Shown here one piece after another: positions 46,685 through 55,456 of a stretch of DNA of 64,000 nucleotides (its first letter is position 1; the number at the start of each line of letters is the position of its first letter). The stretch is from the NCBI GenBank assembly GCA_036517255.1, contig DATDXE010000006.1, forward strand, positions 8,023 through 72,022. The letters are read 5' to 3'. The stretch is from Minisyncoccota bacterium. GTDB taxonomy: Bacteria > Patescibacteriota > Minisyncoccia > Phycocordibacterales > WO2-35-19. The notes under the pieces were generated by a model. The model was not told the DNA's origin and searched no databases. It saw only the letters and a program-made list of their open reading frames with translations. The position numbers were made by a program, and so were the translations under genes.

Positions 46685-47728
46685 ATGGAAATTAGTTTAA
46701 TAATTTTATTAGGCATTGGGGTAGTTATACTTGGATTTTTATTACTTCGACGAAAAGGTGCTAGCAACAGTGATGGAGCGATGAAGCTTCTCTTGGAGCA
46801 AATGAACGAGCTTTCCCGCACGGTTGATAGGAAAATGGGGGAGACGACAAAGCAGATGAATGACTCCATGCGTTCCCAGTTTTCTGAATCAGCTAAAATC
46901 ATCCGTGATGTTACGGAAGGATTGACTAAATTGGATGAAACTAATAAGCAGGTCATTTCTTTTACTGACCAACTTCAGAGCTTGCAAGATATATTAAAAA
47001 ACCCCAAACAAAGAGGAATATTAGGCGAATATTACCTCGAAACTTTGCTCAAAAATGTCCTTCCGCCTGGTAGTTTTGAGATGCAGTATCCTTTTCCAGA
47101 CGGCACTATTGTGGATGCGGCTGTCTTCGTCAAAGACAAGATAATTCCGGTTGACTCTAAATTTTCTCTTGAAAATTATAATCGCTTGGTAGAAGAAAAG
47201 AATGAATCAGAAAAAGAAAGATTGGAAAAAGTTTTTGTAAACGATTTGAAAAACAGAATTCAAGAGACTTCCAAATACATTCAACCCAGCCAAGGTACCA
47301 TGGACTTCGCTTTCATGTTTATTCCCCACGAAGCTATCTACTACGATCTTTTAATTAATAAAATAGGTTCTTTAAAAGAGGAGAATAACGAAAATCTGAT
47401 TCAGAGAGCTGCTTCAAAATACAAAGTTATAATAGTTTCACCAACCAGCTTTTTAGCCTATCTCCAAACTGTATTACAAGGCTTAAATGCCATGAAAATT
47501 GAGGAAAAGGCACAGGATATTATCGCAAATGTCTTAAAACTCCAGCAACACTTGAAAACTTATGAGGAATACCATACGAAACTGGGTTCGGCCTTAGGCA
47601 CCGTTGTAAACCACTACAATTTCTCCAACAAAGAGTTCAAGAAGGTAGATAAAGATATGATGCGGCTTACTGGAGAATCTCTCACTTCCGATCTCACCAT
47701 GTTGGACAAGCCTGATTTCGAGGAGTAG
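46685..47728 (+). CDS. rmuC: DNA recombination protein RmuC
   Basis: N-terminal TM, KQRGILGE..LE, PVDSKF, DFAFMFIP.E, SPTS. Confidence 0.92.
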   Translation: MEISLIILLGIGVVILGFLLLRRKGASNSDGAMKLLLEQMNELSRTVDRKMGETTKQMNDSMRSQFSESAKIIRDVTEGLTKLDETNKQVISFTDQLQSLQDILKNPKQRGILGEYYLETLLKNVLPPGSFEMQYPFPDGTIVDAAVFVKDKIIPVDSKFSLENYNRLVEEKNESEKERLEKVFVNDLKNRIQETSKYIQPSQGTMDFAFMFIPHEAIYYDLLINKIGSLKEENNENLIQRAASKYKVIIVSPTSFLAYLQTVLQGLNAMKIEEKAQDIIANVLKLQQHLKTYEEYHTKLGSALGTVVNHYNFSNKEFKKVDKDMMRLTGESLTSDLTMLDKPDFEE

Positions 47729-47753
47729 TCTTAACTATAGAGGTGACTAAAAT

Positions 47754-47870
47754 ATGGCCAAACGCCAAAGTTTTTTATACAGGATACGGAAGCTGGGTCT
47801 GGTGAGAACTTTCTTTTCATATTGGAAGGACTTCTACCGGAACTGGCAGGATTACCCGAGCGACCCTTGA
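47754..47870 (+). CDS. 38-aa cationic/aromatic micro-protein (absent from ORF track)
   Basis: GAGGTGA-7 nt-ATG; MAKRQSFLYRIRKLGLVRTFFSYWKDFYRNWQDYPSDP; hairpin 47858-47887 over the stop. Confidence 0.55.
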   Translation: MAKRQSFLYRIRKLGLVRTFFSYWKDFYRNWQDYPSDP

Positions 47871-47933
47871 TTCATTGGGGGTCGCTCAAGACGTTTGCAT
47901 AAAATTGAGAAATAGGTTAAAGTGTTACCCATT

Positions 47934-48401
47934 ATGGCCACCGCGACAGCAGAAAAAAAGGCAATAAAAAAACCTGCAAAAAAGGTTCCATTAGCTGATA
48001 CTCCAAAAGAAGTAGCTGAAGCCAAACCCACTAAATCTTTGAGAGATAGTGATCGTTTTGCGATTATTGAAACAGGAGGTAAACAGTATAGAGTGAGTGA
48101 AGGGGATTTGATCAAGATTGAGAAAATAAAAGGGGAAGTAAATAAAAACGATAGGGATTTATATAAAGTAGGGGATACTGTAGTTTTTGAAAAAGTCCTA
48201 CTAAAAAGCCAAGGTGTAGAAAGTGATAACCTAAACATAGGAGCTCCTTTTATAACGGGCGCCACTGTTACAGCTTCTATAATTAAAATTGCTCGTCACC
48301 CTAAAATTACAGTTATCAAATACAAACAAAAATCACGTTATTTTAAGAAAAACGGTCACAAGCAGCCTTATTTTGAAGTGAAGATAGAGAAAATAGGATA
48401 A
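47934..48401 (+). CDS. rplU: 50S ribosomal protein L21 with N-terminal extension
   Basis: AIIETGGKQYRV, IGAP, GHKQPY. Confidence 0.95.
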   Translation: MATATAEKKAIKKPAKKVPLADTPKEVAEAKPTKSLRDSDRFAIIETGGKQYRVSEGDLIKIEKIKGEVNKNDRDLYKVGDTVVFEKVLLKSQGVESDNLNIGAPFITGATVTASIIKIARHPKITVIKYKQKSRYFKKNGHKQPYFEVKIEKIG

Positions 48402-48408
48402 CCCCACC

Positions 48409-48942
48409 CTAGAAGAAATATTCCCTGAATTTGACGAGGATGATAAGAATAATAAGCAAATACCATCCTGCCAAAAAGGCGGGCTTGTTTTTTGATACTA
48501 AAGAATTTGGATAGAAATTAGAAATAGTAAAAATAAAGATTGGCCATATAGCTGCCCAGGTGATCATGCAGTAAAGACAGAGGTTGCCGATAACGAAGAT
48601 ACTTTGAATGATCAGCCAGTGAATGAAAATTGTGGCGAGAGTCATGCCGATAGTAAATATTTTCCAGAATCTTCTGTCAGGTATCGCTCCGAAAAGCGAA
48701 AGTAAACCAATTGTGATGATGGCCGAGAAACCAGCGATACCCATAATCGGATTAGGGAAACCAAAAACTTTTGATTGAGAACTAGTATTTATGGAAGTGC
48801 AGCTGACAAAGGGTGATAAGTTGCAGGGCAAATCTATGCCTGGATCCTGCGCAAGCTTCACTGTATCCCACATAAGTTGGGAGGAAGCTAAGAGCCCGAC
48901 TACACCGAAAACGATTAATATGTAGGCAAAAGATTTTTGCAT
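48409..48942 (-). CDS. Vitamin K epoxide reductase (VKOR) family protein
   Basis: C..SPFVSC loop, FGFPN, CLYC. Confidence 0.92.
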   Translation of the reverse strand: MQKSFAYILIVFGVVGLLASSQLMWDTVKLAQDPGIDLPCNLSPFVSCTSINTSSQSKVFGFPNPIMGIAGFSAIITIGLLSLFGAIPDRRFWKIFTIGMTLATIFIHWLIIQSIFVIGNLCLYCMITWAAIWPIFIFTISNFYPNSLVSKNKPAFLAGWYLLIILIILVKFREYFF

Positions 48943-49557
48943 TTAGTTTCTATTCTTAAGAGCATTTTTAAGAGTTTCAGGATCAGTATACTCGAGTTCA
49001 GTACCAGTGGAAAGGCCTTTACCCAAATGAGAGATTTTTATTTTATTTTCGGCACTCAATTTTTCTAATGATTTTATAACAAATTCAGCAGTATTTTCTC
49101 CCTCCGGATTTGCATTTACCCCTAATATAACTTCTTTAATTAAATCTTTACTTTTTTCCATCTTTTCTTCCAGTTCTTGTACTCTGATTCTTTTTTCTGG
49201 TTCTTTTTCCAGAATCGGTACACTACCACCTAATACAAAATAAGTTCCATTGAATACCCCGTTCCGTTCTACCGATTCAAGGTCAATATCCCGCTGGACT
49301 AGCATTAAGATACTTCTGTCTCTATTGCCATCAGCACAAATATCACAAAGTTCGGCTTTGCCATGACGTTTCTCAAAAAACCTCCTGCAATCAAGGCACT
49401 GACTGACCTCGTTTTTGAGTGCCGAAATATAGCCAGCCAATTCACTCATAGTAGAAGGTGAGCGAGTAAGTAAGTAGTATACGAATCTCCTCGCTTGTCT
49501 CGGCCCTATTCCAGGGAAATGAGTGAATATTTCTGTGAGCTTCTGTATTGCGTTCAT
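48943..49557 (-). CDS. recR: Recombination protein RecR
   Basis: PGIGPRQA, C4 zinc finger, Toprim EGENTA. Confidence 0.95.
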   Translation of the reverse strand: MNAIQKLTEIFTHFPGIGPRQARRFVYYLLTRSPSTMSELAGYISALKNEVSQCLDCRRFFEKRHGKAELCDICADGNRDRSILMLVQRDIDLESVERNGVFNGTYFVLGGSVPILEKEPEKRIRVQELEEKMEKSKDLIKEVILGVNANPEGENTAEFVIKSLEKLSAENKIKISHLGKGLSTGTELEYTDPETLKNALKNRN

Positions 49558-49576
49558 TCAGGATAATCAGATTAAT

Positions 49577-51022
49577 TTAGAAATTTCGAAACTCTCCTTC
49601 TATTCCTCCAAATTCACCTTTATCAAGTGATTGGAAAGTAGCCTTCTTTTCATTGAAATAAAGTTCTACTTTACCGGTTTCGCCGTTGCGATGTTTCTCG
49701 ATCAGGATTTCGGCGATGTTAGTTTTTTCCGCATCATCTTTCATTTTATCTTCTCTATGTATGAACATGACCACGTCAGCATCCTGTTCGATGGATCCCG
49801 AGTCGCGTAAGTGATGAAGTTTCGGTTTCTCACCCGACTGGGCGGCCGCACGCGAAAGCTGGGAGAGGGCGATGACAGGAATATCGAGATCACGAGCAAG
49901 GTTCTTTAGCGAGCGCGAAATTTCTGTCACTTGCTGTACCATATTGTCACTATTTCTTGTTTGAGTTGGCATCATGAGCTGTAAGTAATCGACTATGAGC
50001 ATTCCTAAACCTTTTTCACTTTTAAGTCTCCTTGCTACAGCTCTCATTTTCAAAATATTATTTCCTGGCTGGTCGTCGATATAGATAGGTGCTTTGGAAA
50101 GTTCATCCATAGCATGCCTGATAGAGGTAAAGTCATCTTCTTTTAATAATTTTCCCGTGCGTAACATCCAAGAATTTACATTTGCTTGAGCGGCAAGCAT
50201 ACGATCGACGAGTTGCTGAGAGGACATTTCAAGAGAGAAAATGCCTACTGGTACTTGGTGTAGTACGGCGGCTTGGCGGGCAATATCAAGAGCCAGAGAG
50301 GTTTTACCCATTGAAGGACGAGCGGCAATAATAACAAGATCGGACTTTTGAAAGCCAGAAAGTTTGTTGTCGAGATCTTTAAAACCGGAAGGCACTCCAC
50401 GCAAACCATCAGTCGAATTGTGCAATCGATCGAGTCTTTCCCAGGCTTCATCAAGCTCACCTTTTAGCTCTACGAATTTGTGAATACTGCCGACATCGGC
50501 TACTTCGAAGACGCGCTTCTGTGCTTGATCGAGAATTTCATCTATCTCTTGTTCTTCGTCGAAACCAAGATTAGAAATATGGTCAGCGGCAGAAATAAGA
50601 TTGCGAGCCAGACTCTTTTTCTGAATAATAGCGGCATAGTATTGAGCGTTTGCGGCGCTAGGAACTGAATTTACTAAGTCTGCCAGATAAGAGTTACCAC
50701 CGATTTCTTCAAGTTCACTTTTTTCTGCTAGCCTCGAAGCTACAGTGAGCATGTCGGTAGGAGAGCGTTTGGTAAAAAGGTCGAGCATCGAAGCATATAT
50801 AATGCGATGCTTGGTTGAATAAAATGATTCCGGTTTTAAAACTTCCATCACCTCATACATCGCGTCAGGGCGAAGCATAATAGAACCAAGGAGAGCTCTC
50901 TCGGCTTCAAGATTGTGAGGTGGTATACGCAAACCACTTCCCAAAATAACACTGTTGCCAGCCTTCACTCCCGATTTCACTCCATCCTTATATTTATTTT
51001 TCTTAAACTCGCTCTGATCCAT
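49577..51022 (-). CDS. dnaB: Replicative DNA helicase
   Basis: PPHNLEAE, ARPSMGKT, DYLQL, SQLSR, LRDSGSIEQDAD, KHRNG. Confidence 0.97.
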   Translation of the reverse strand: MDQSEFKKNKYKDGVKSGVKAGNSVILGSGLRIPPHNLEAERALLGSIMLRPDAMYEVMEVLKPESFYSTKHRIIYASMLDLFTKRSPTDMLTVASRLAEKSELEEIGGNSYLADLVNSVPSAANAQYYAAIIQKKSLARNLISAADHISNLGFDEEQEIDEILDQAQKRVFEVADVGSIHKFVELKGELDEAWERLDRLHNSTDGLRGVPSGFKDLDNKLSGFQKSDLVIIAARPSMGKTSLALDIARQAAVLHQVPVGIFSLEMSSQQLVDRMLAAQANVNSWMLRTGKLLKEDDFTSIRHAMDELSKAPIYIDDQPGNNILKMRAVARRLKSEKGLGMLIVDYLQLMMPTQTRNSDNMVQQVTEISRSLKNLARDLDIPVIALSQLSRAAAQSGEKPKLHHLRDSGSIEQDADVVMFIHREDKMKDDAEKTNIAEILIEKHRNGETGKVELYFNEKKATFQSLDKGEFGGIEGEFRNF

Positions 51023-51120
51023 GAGCCCATTTTATCATAGTCGCAAATCTGTTTTTACATCCAAAACCATCGAAACTGTGTCTAAACTGTGTACTAGTGT
51101 GGATATGCTAAAATCCTCTT

Positions 51121-54075
51121 ATGGAAGTAGGGACTAACGAGTTTAAGGAGGCTTATAAGAAGCTCAATAAAGAGCAGAGGGAGGCTGTGGATACGATCGA
51201 TGGGCCTGTCATGGTCATAGCTGGTCCAGGGACGGGGAAGACTACCATTTTGACTCTGCGTATTGCTAATATTTTACGGCTGACTGATACCCCAGCAAAC
51301 GGCATTCTGGCCATCACTTATACTGACGCTGGAGTGAAAGCTATGAGAAGTAAGCTTTATGAAATAATCGGTAACCGCGCCCACGATGTACGCATCCATA
51401 CTTTCCACAGTTTCGCTTCTTCGGTGATAGCCGAATATCCCGATCATTTTATTCATATCAGCGATCGGAAACAACTGACTGATATCGAACAAGAATCGAT
51501 TATTATTTCTATTTTAGAAAATTCAAAATTCAAAAAACTTCGGCCGACGGGGAGACCTGATGCTTATTTATACGGAATAACAAAAGCGATAGAAGAGGCT
51601 AAGCGAGAAGCGCTTACTCCAAGAGATGTCGTAAAGTACGCGAAGGAAGAGATAGAGAGAATAAAAAATGATGAAGGCTCCATTTCCACTCGCGGAGTAA
51701 GTAAAGGAAAATTTAAGGCCGAAGCCGAAGAATTTATCGAAAAATGTGAACGGACGATACTTTTTGCTGATGTTTACGCAGAGTATGAAGAAAAGAAAGT
51801 GAAAGAGAGGAAAATGGATTTTAGTGACCTTATTATCGAACTTCTAGTAGCCCTTAGGAAAGATGAGTTGCTCCTGCGCTTAATTCAAGAAAGATTTTTA
51901 TACATCCATGTCGATGAACATCAGGATACCAACGATGCTCAAAATTTGATTATCGCTCTCATTGCTGAATTTTTCGAAACGCCAAACATTTTTATTGTTG
52001 GCGACGAAAAGCAGGCCATCTATCGCTTTCAGGGAGCTTCGGTCGAAAACTTTTTACTACTCCAAAAACGCTGGAAGAAAATGAAAGTAATTTCCCTTGA
52101 TACCAATTACAGGTCGCATCAAAGTATCCTGGACGCAAGCTTCTCGATGGTCGAAAATAATTATGAAGAGGATGAATATAAAGATTTGAGAGTTTACTTA
52201 AATTCTAAAAGTGGTGAGGAGGCTCGGCCGATCGATATCGTCAGAAGTGAGAATTCAGAAGGTATCGAAAAATATTTGGTACAGGAAATAAAAAGAATAA
52301 GTAAAGAAGAAGCCACTGCATCAATCGCGATAATCGTGAGGAGAAACAGGGATTTGGACAAAGTAATACGCCTACTTGAAAGCGAGGGTATAAGTGTTAC
52401 TTCCGAACGAAGTATCGATATTTTTAATCACCCAGTCGGTCGACTCTTTTTTGATTTGATAGAGTACCTCTCCGATCCTAGCCACACCGAAGCTCTTGCA
52501 AAAACAGTTATTGCTGGGATGTGGAATATGCATTTTGAAAGTGGAGTAAAACTCATCCGCTCGCTCAAGAGTGGTTTAAAAATTGACTTGAAGAAAGTCC
52601 TCCCCAATTTAAATTTTATTCAATCAAAACTCCTGGACGATTCGCCGGCCGGTTTTATTATCCACATAGCAGAAAAATCGGGTTTTATCGAACTTGTGGC
52701 TAAAGACCCTTCATATGTACATGTTTGGCGGGGAATTACTGCTCTTTCAGAATCATTGGTTCGAGAAAATGATTTAAAGGACCCAGGTTCTCTTTTAAAA
52801 TTGATGCTCTCTTACCGTGCTTCGGCCGAGTCGCGACCAGTGAAAGTAACAGTCGGTGCACCTGACGTACCAATAAAAGCGATGACAGCTCATGGGAGTA
52901 AAGGTCAAGAATTTGATTATGTTTTTATTCCTTACGCCACGGAGGAAGCTTGGATAGGTAAAAGCAGAGGCTCTTCTTTTGTCTTACCCAAAAAACAAAC
53001 TGGAGATAATGATATCCGTGATTTACGAAGACTTTTCTATGTCGCTCTGACTCGAGGAAAGAAGCATGTTGCTATTTTAGTACCTAGTGAGGAATCGGAT
53101 GGAAAAATACTCTCACCCATACGTTTTATCGAAGAGTTAGATAAAAAACACACTAAAGAAATTGTTTTAAAAAGAAGCGATACAGAAATACCTAAGATAG
53201 AGACAGGGTTAAAAAACGAAAACAATAATAGAGTAGGTAATTTGAAATTTGTTGATTTAGCTAAACATGTTTTGTTAGAAAAAGGTTTGTCCGTAACTGC
53301 TCTTAATCATTTTATAAAGTGTCCGAATGAGTTCCTTTATCAAAGTGTTTTGAAAATGCCCCAAGCCCCAAGTACTTCAGCTGAAAAAGGATCGGCTATG
53401 CACGAAGCCATATCAAAAGTGTGGAAATTGGAAGATAGAAATAATAAAAATATTGCCAAAAAAATTGAGAGCACTTTGAAAGAAGCTACTCTGGAATACC
53501 TAGAAAATTCTCTCTTGCCGGTTCTAGAAAAAGAAGCTTTGAAAAAAGAACTGTTAGAGGATTTACCGCTCGTCGCTCTGGCTTTGACCAAACATTTCAG
53601 CTTGGAAGGCGATATTTTTACCGAACATTGGGTAGAAGGAGTTTTTGAAGGAAACTATGCTGAGAAACAAATTCATATTCCACTCCACGGAAAGCTGGAC
53701 ACTATAGTAGATAATGAAAAAGAAGTTTGTGTTTTTGATTACAAAACCAGACAGGCCATGTCAGAAGCGGCGATAAGGGGCGAAACAAAAAATACTGATG
53801 GAAATTATTTTCGACAATTAGTTTTTTATAAAATTTTGCTTAGTCAAAGCTCTAAATGGCGAGAAAAAAAGGTTACCCCATCGCTTGTTTTCATTTCACC
53901 TGATTCAAAAGGTAGGTGTCCTACCATAACTTTACCGGTTACAGAAAGTGATATCAAAAAAACAAAAGAGATGATCCAATCACTCATTGATTCAGTTTGG
54001 AGTGGAAAAATCGGCACCGAAAAATGTACTGCTAAGGATTGCGAGTGGTGTGGGTATAGGAAGTTGTTAGACTGA
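51121..54075 (+). CDS. UvrD/PcrA-family helicase with C-terminal PD-(D/E)xK nuclease (AdnAB/AddAB-like)
   Basis: AGPGTGKT, DEHQD, GDEKQAIYRF, HGSKGQEF, RRLFYVALTR; GKLD..DYKT; KCP..C....CEWC. Confidence 0.9.
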   Translation: MEVGTNEFKEAYKKLNKEQREAVDTIDGPVMVIAGPGTGKTTILTLRIANILRLTDTPANGILAITYTDAGVKAMRSKLYEIIGNRAHDVRIHTFHSFASSVIAEYPDHFIHISDRKQLTDIEQESIIISILENSKFKKLRPTGRPDAYLYGITKAIEEAKREALTPRDVVKYAKEEIERIKNDEGSISTRGVSKGKFKAEAEEFIEKCERTILFADVYAEYEEKKVKERKMDFSDLIIELLVALRKDELLLRLIQERFLYIHVDEHQDTNDAQNLIIALIAEFFETPNIFIVGDEKQAIYRFQGASVENFLLLQKRWKKMKVISLDTNYRSHQSILDASFSMVENNYEEDEYKDLRVYLNSKSGEEARPIDIVRSENSEGIEKYLVQEIKRISKEEATASIAIIVRRNRDLDKVIRLLESEGISVTSERSIDIFNHPVGRLFFDLIEYLSDPSHTEALAKTVIAGMWNMHFESGVKLIRSLKSGLKIDLKKVLPNLNFIQSKLLDDSPAGFIIHIAEKSGFIELVAKDPSYVHVWRGITALSESLVRENDLKDPGSLLKLMLSYRASAESRPVKVTVGAPDVPIKAMTAHGSKGQEFDYVFIPYATEEAWIGKSRGSSFVLPKKQTGDNDIRDLRRLFYVALTRGKKHVAILVPSEESDGKILSPIRFIEELDKKHTKEIVLKRSDTEIPKIETGLKNENNNRVGNLKFVDLAKHVLLEKGLSVTALNHFIKCPNEFLYQSVLKMPQAPSTSAEKGSAMHEAISKVWKLEDRNNKNIAKKIESTLKEATLEYLENSLLPVLEKEALKKELLEDLPLVALALTKHFSLEGDIFTEHWVEGVFEGNYAEKQIHIPLHGKLDTIVDNEKEVCVFDYKTRQAMSEAAIRGETKNTDGNYFRQLVFYKILLSQSSKWREKKVTPSLVFISPDSKGRCPTITLPVTESDIKKTKEMIQSLIDSVWSGKIGTEKCTAKDCEWCGYRKLLD

Positions 54076-54103
54076 ATGAAATAGAGTGAGGTATAATTAA
54101 TGC

Positions 54104-54688
54104 ATGAAGAAAATTTTAGTACTGGTGGGACACCCTGATAACGAAAGTTTTAATGTAAAGCTCGCGGATACTTACGCTGAAGGAGCAAGAAGTAAGGGTG
54201 CGGAAGTGAGGAGGGTGAATTTGGCTGATTTAAAATTTGATCCGATCTTGCATCAAGGATATAAAGTCATACAGGAACTTGAGCCTGACTTAGTAAAACT
54301 GCAGGAAGATATAAAGTGGTGCGACCACTTTGTAATAATCTATCCATCGTGGTGGTCGACTATGCCAGCCCTCCTTAAAGGCCTGTTTGACCGGATGTGG
54401 TTGCCAGGATTTGCCTATAAATTTAAAAAAGATGGTTTTGGTTGTGGTTTTATATGGACGAAGTTGCTGAAAGGCCGGACAGCTCGTGTATTTGTCACCT
54501 CCGATTCACCGGCATTCTTAACTAGAATTATTTTTGGCGATACCACTAATGAAATAAGAAAAGGTATCCTTTGGTTTGCCGGTTTCCACCCCTCCATCAA
54601 AAAAATCGGTGGCCTTAAAAATGCTTCCAACTCCAAAAAACAAAGAATCCTCAATCAAATGAAGTTGTGGGGTAGGGGGTGGTATTAG
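54104..54688 (+). CDS. Flavodoxin-fold NAD(P)H:quinone oxidoreductase
   Basis: GHP..SFN, YPSWWSTMPALLKG.FDR. Confidence 0.9.
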   Translation: MKKILVLVGHPDNESFNVKLADTYAEGARSKGAEVRRVNLADLKFDPILHQGYKVIQELEPDLVKLQEDIKWCDHFVIIYPSWWSTMPALLKGLFDRMWLPGFAYKFKKDGFGCGFIWTKLLKGRTARVFVTSDSPAFLTRIIFGDTTNEIRKGILWFAGFHPSIKKIGGLKNASNSKKQRILNQMKLWGRGWY

Positions 54689-55107
54689 ATATTGTCTAAA
54701 GGATAGCAACTAGCTTTCAGAAGCTTTAAAATTCCTGCTACGGTTTCTTTCTGGGCAATATCAGGGGAAAATTTTATCCACTCTATAAGAGCATAGAACT
54801 CTTTGTGATTTAGTTCTATCCAAAATCCTCTCTCATACAGGAATAATAAGAAAGCAATGCAGGCGAATCTATCCCTCTTTGAATTTGATATATGCCTATG
54901 AAGTAACTCGTAGAGCAATACGGCGGCTTTTTCCAGAGTAGTGTGGGGGATAGGGCCTCTACTCTTTTGTTTTAGATTAATACTATGGGCACACTTCTCG
55001 ATCTCTTTCGGTTGTAAGTCTGACAGTTCAGCTCCAAAAAGTAGTTTATATCTTCCCAAGATATCGTTACATACATAAGTATATACCTTTAAAAAGTCGG
55101 TCTGCAT
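54685..55107 (-). CDS. Degenerate Doc/Fic-like protein
   Basis: TLEKAAVLLYEL..RH......R.A..AF..FL..RG resembles the Doc core; HPFxDGNKR motif eroded. Confidence 0.55.
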   Translation of the reverse strand: MQTDFLKVYTYVCNDILGRYKLLFGAELSDLQPKEIEKCAHSINLKQKSRGPIPHTTLEKAAVLLYELLHRHISNSKRDRFACIAFLLFLYERGFWIELNHKEFYALIEWIKFSPDIAQKETVAGILKLLKASCYPLDNI

Positions 55108-55108
55108 T

Positions 55109-55360
55109 TTAATTAAGTGACTTTATAAGCTCTGAATAATCTGTCGCTAGAAGATTTGAAAACTGACGAAGTTGGGCTTCACGTGAAGGAGGAACAAAAG
55201 AAGGTTTCTGTACGCGCTCTATCTCCATAACCGGTATAAGGTAGCTACGACCAAACCTTCTAGCCTTTAGATTGCCTGATTTGATCCAGTTAAAAACAGT
55301 TACTCTGGTTATCTTGAGTATTTCTGCTGTTTCGGTTGTTGAATAGTATCTATTTAACAT
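55109..55360 (-). CDS. Excisionase-type HTH protein, likely antitoxin/regulator
   Basis: YSTTETAEILKITRVTVFNWIKSGNLKA.R.GR.Y; helical tail DYSELIKSL. Confidence 0.8.
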   Translation of the reverse strand: MLNRYYSTTETAEILKITRVTVFNWIKSGNLKARRFGRSYLIPVMEIERVQKPSFVPPSREAQLRQFSNLLATDYSELIKSLN

Positions 55361-55371
55361 CTTTTTAATTC

Positions 55372-55395
55372 TAGACTTAACTAAAGATAAGTCTA
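55372..55395. promoter_or_regulatory. Inverted-repeat operator between divergent promoters
   Basis: TAGACTTA-8 nt-TAAGTCTA overlapping a minus-strand TAGAAT -10. Confidence 0.55.
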
Positions 55396-55419
55396 CTGTA
55401 CAAATATAGTTAAATCAAT

Positions 55420-55448
55420 TTGACAAGACTTTTTGGCACGATTAAGAT
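55420..55448 (+). promoter_or_regulatory. sigma70 promoter of the asparaginase-like gene
   Basis: TTGACA-17 nt-TAAGAT, 8 nt before ATG 55457. Confidence 0.7.
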
Positions 55449-55456
55449 GCTGGGAT

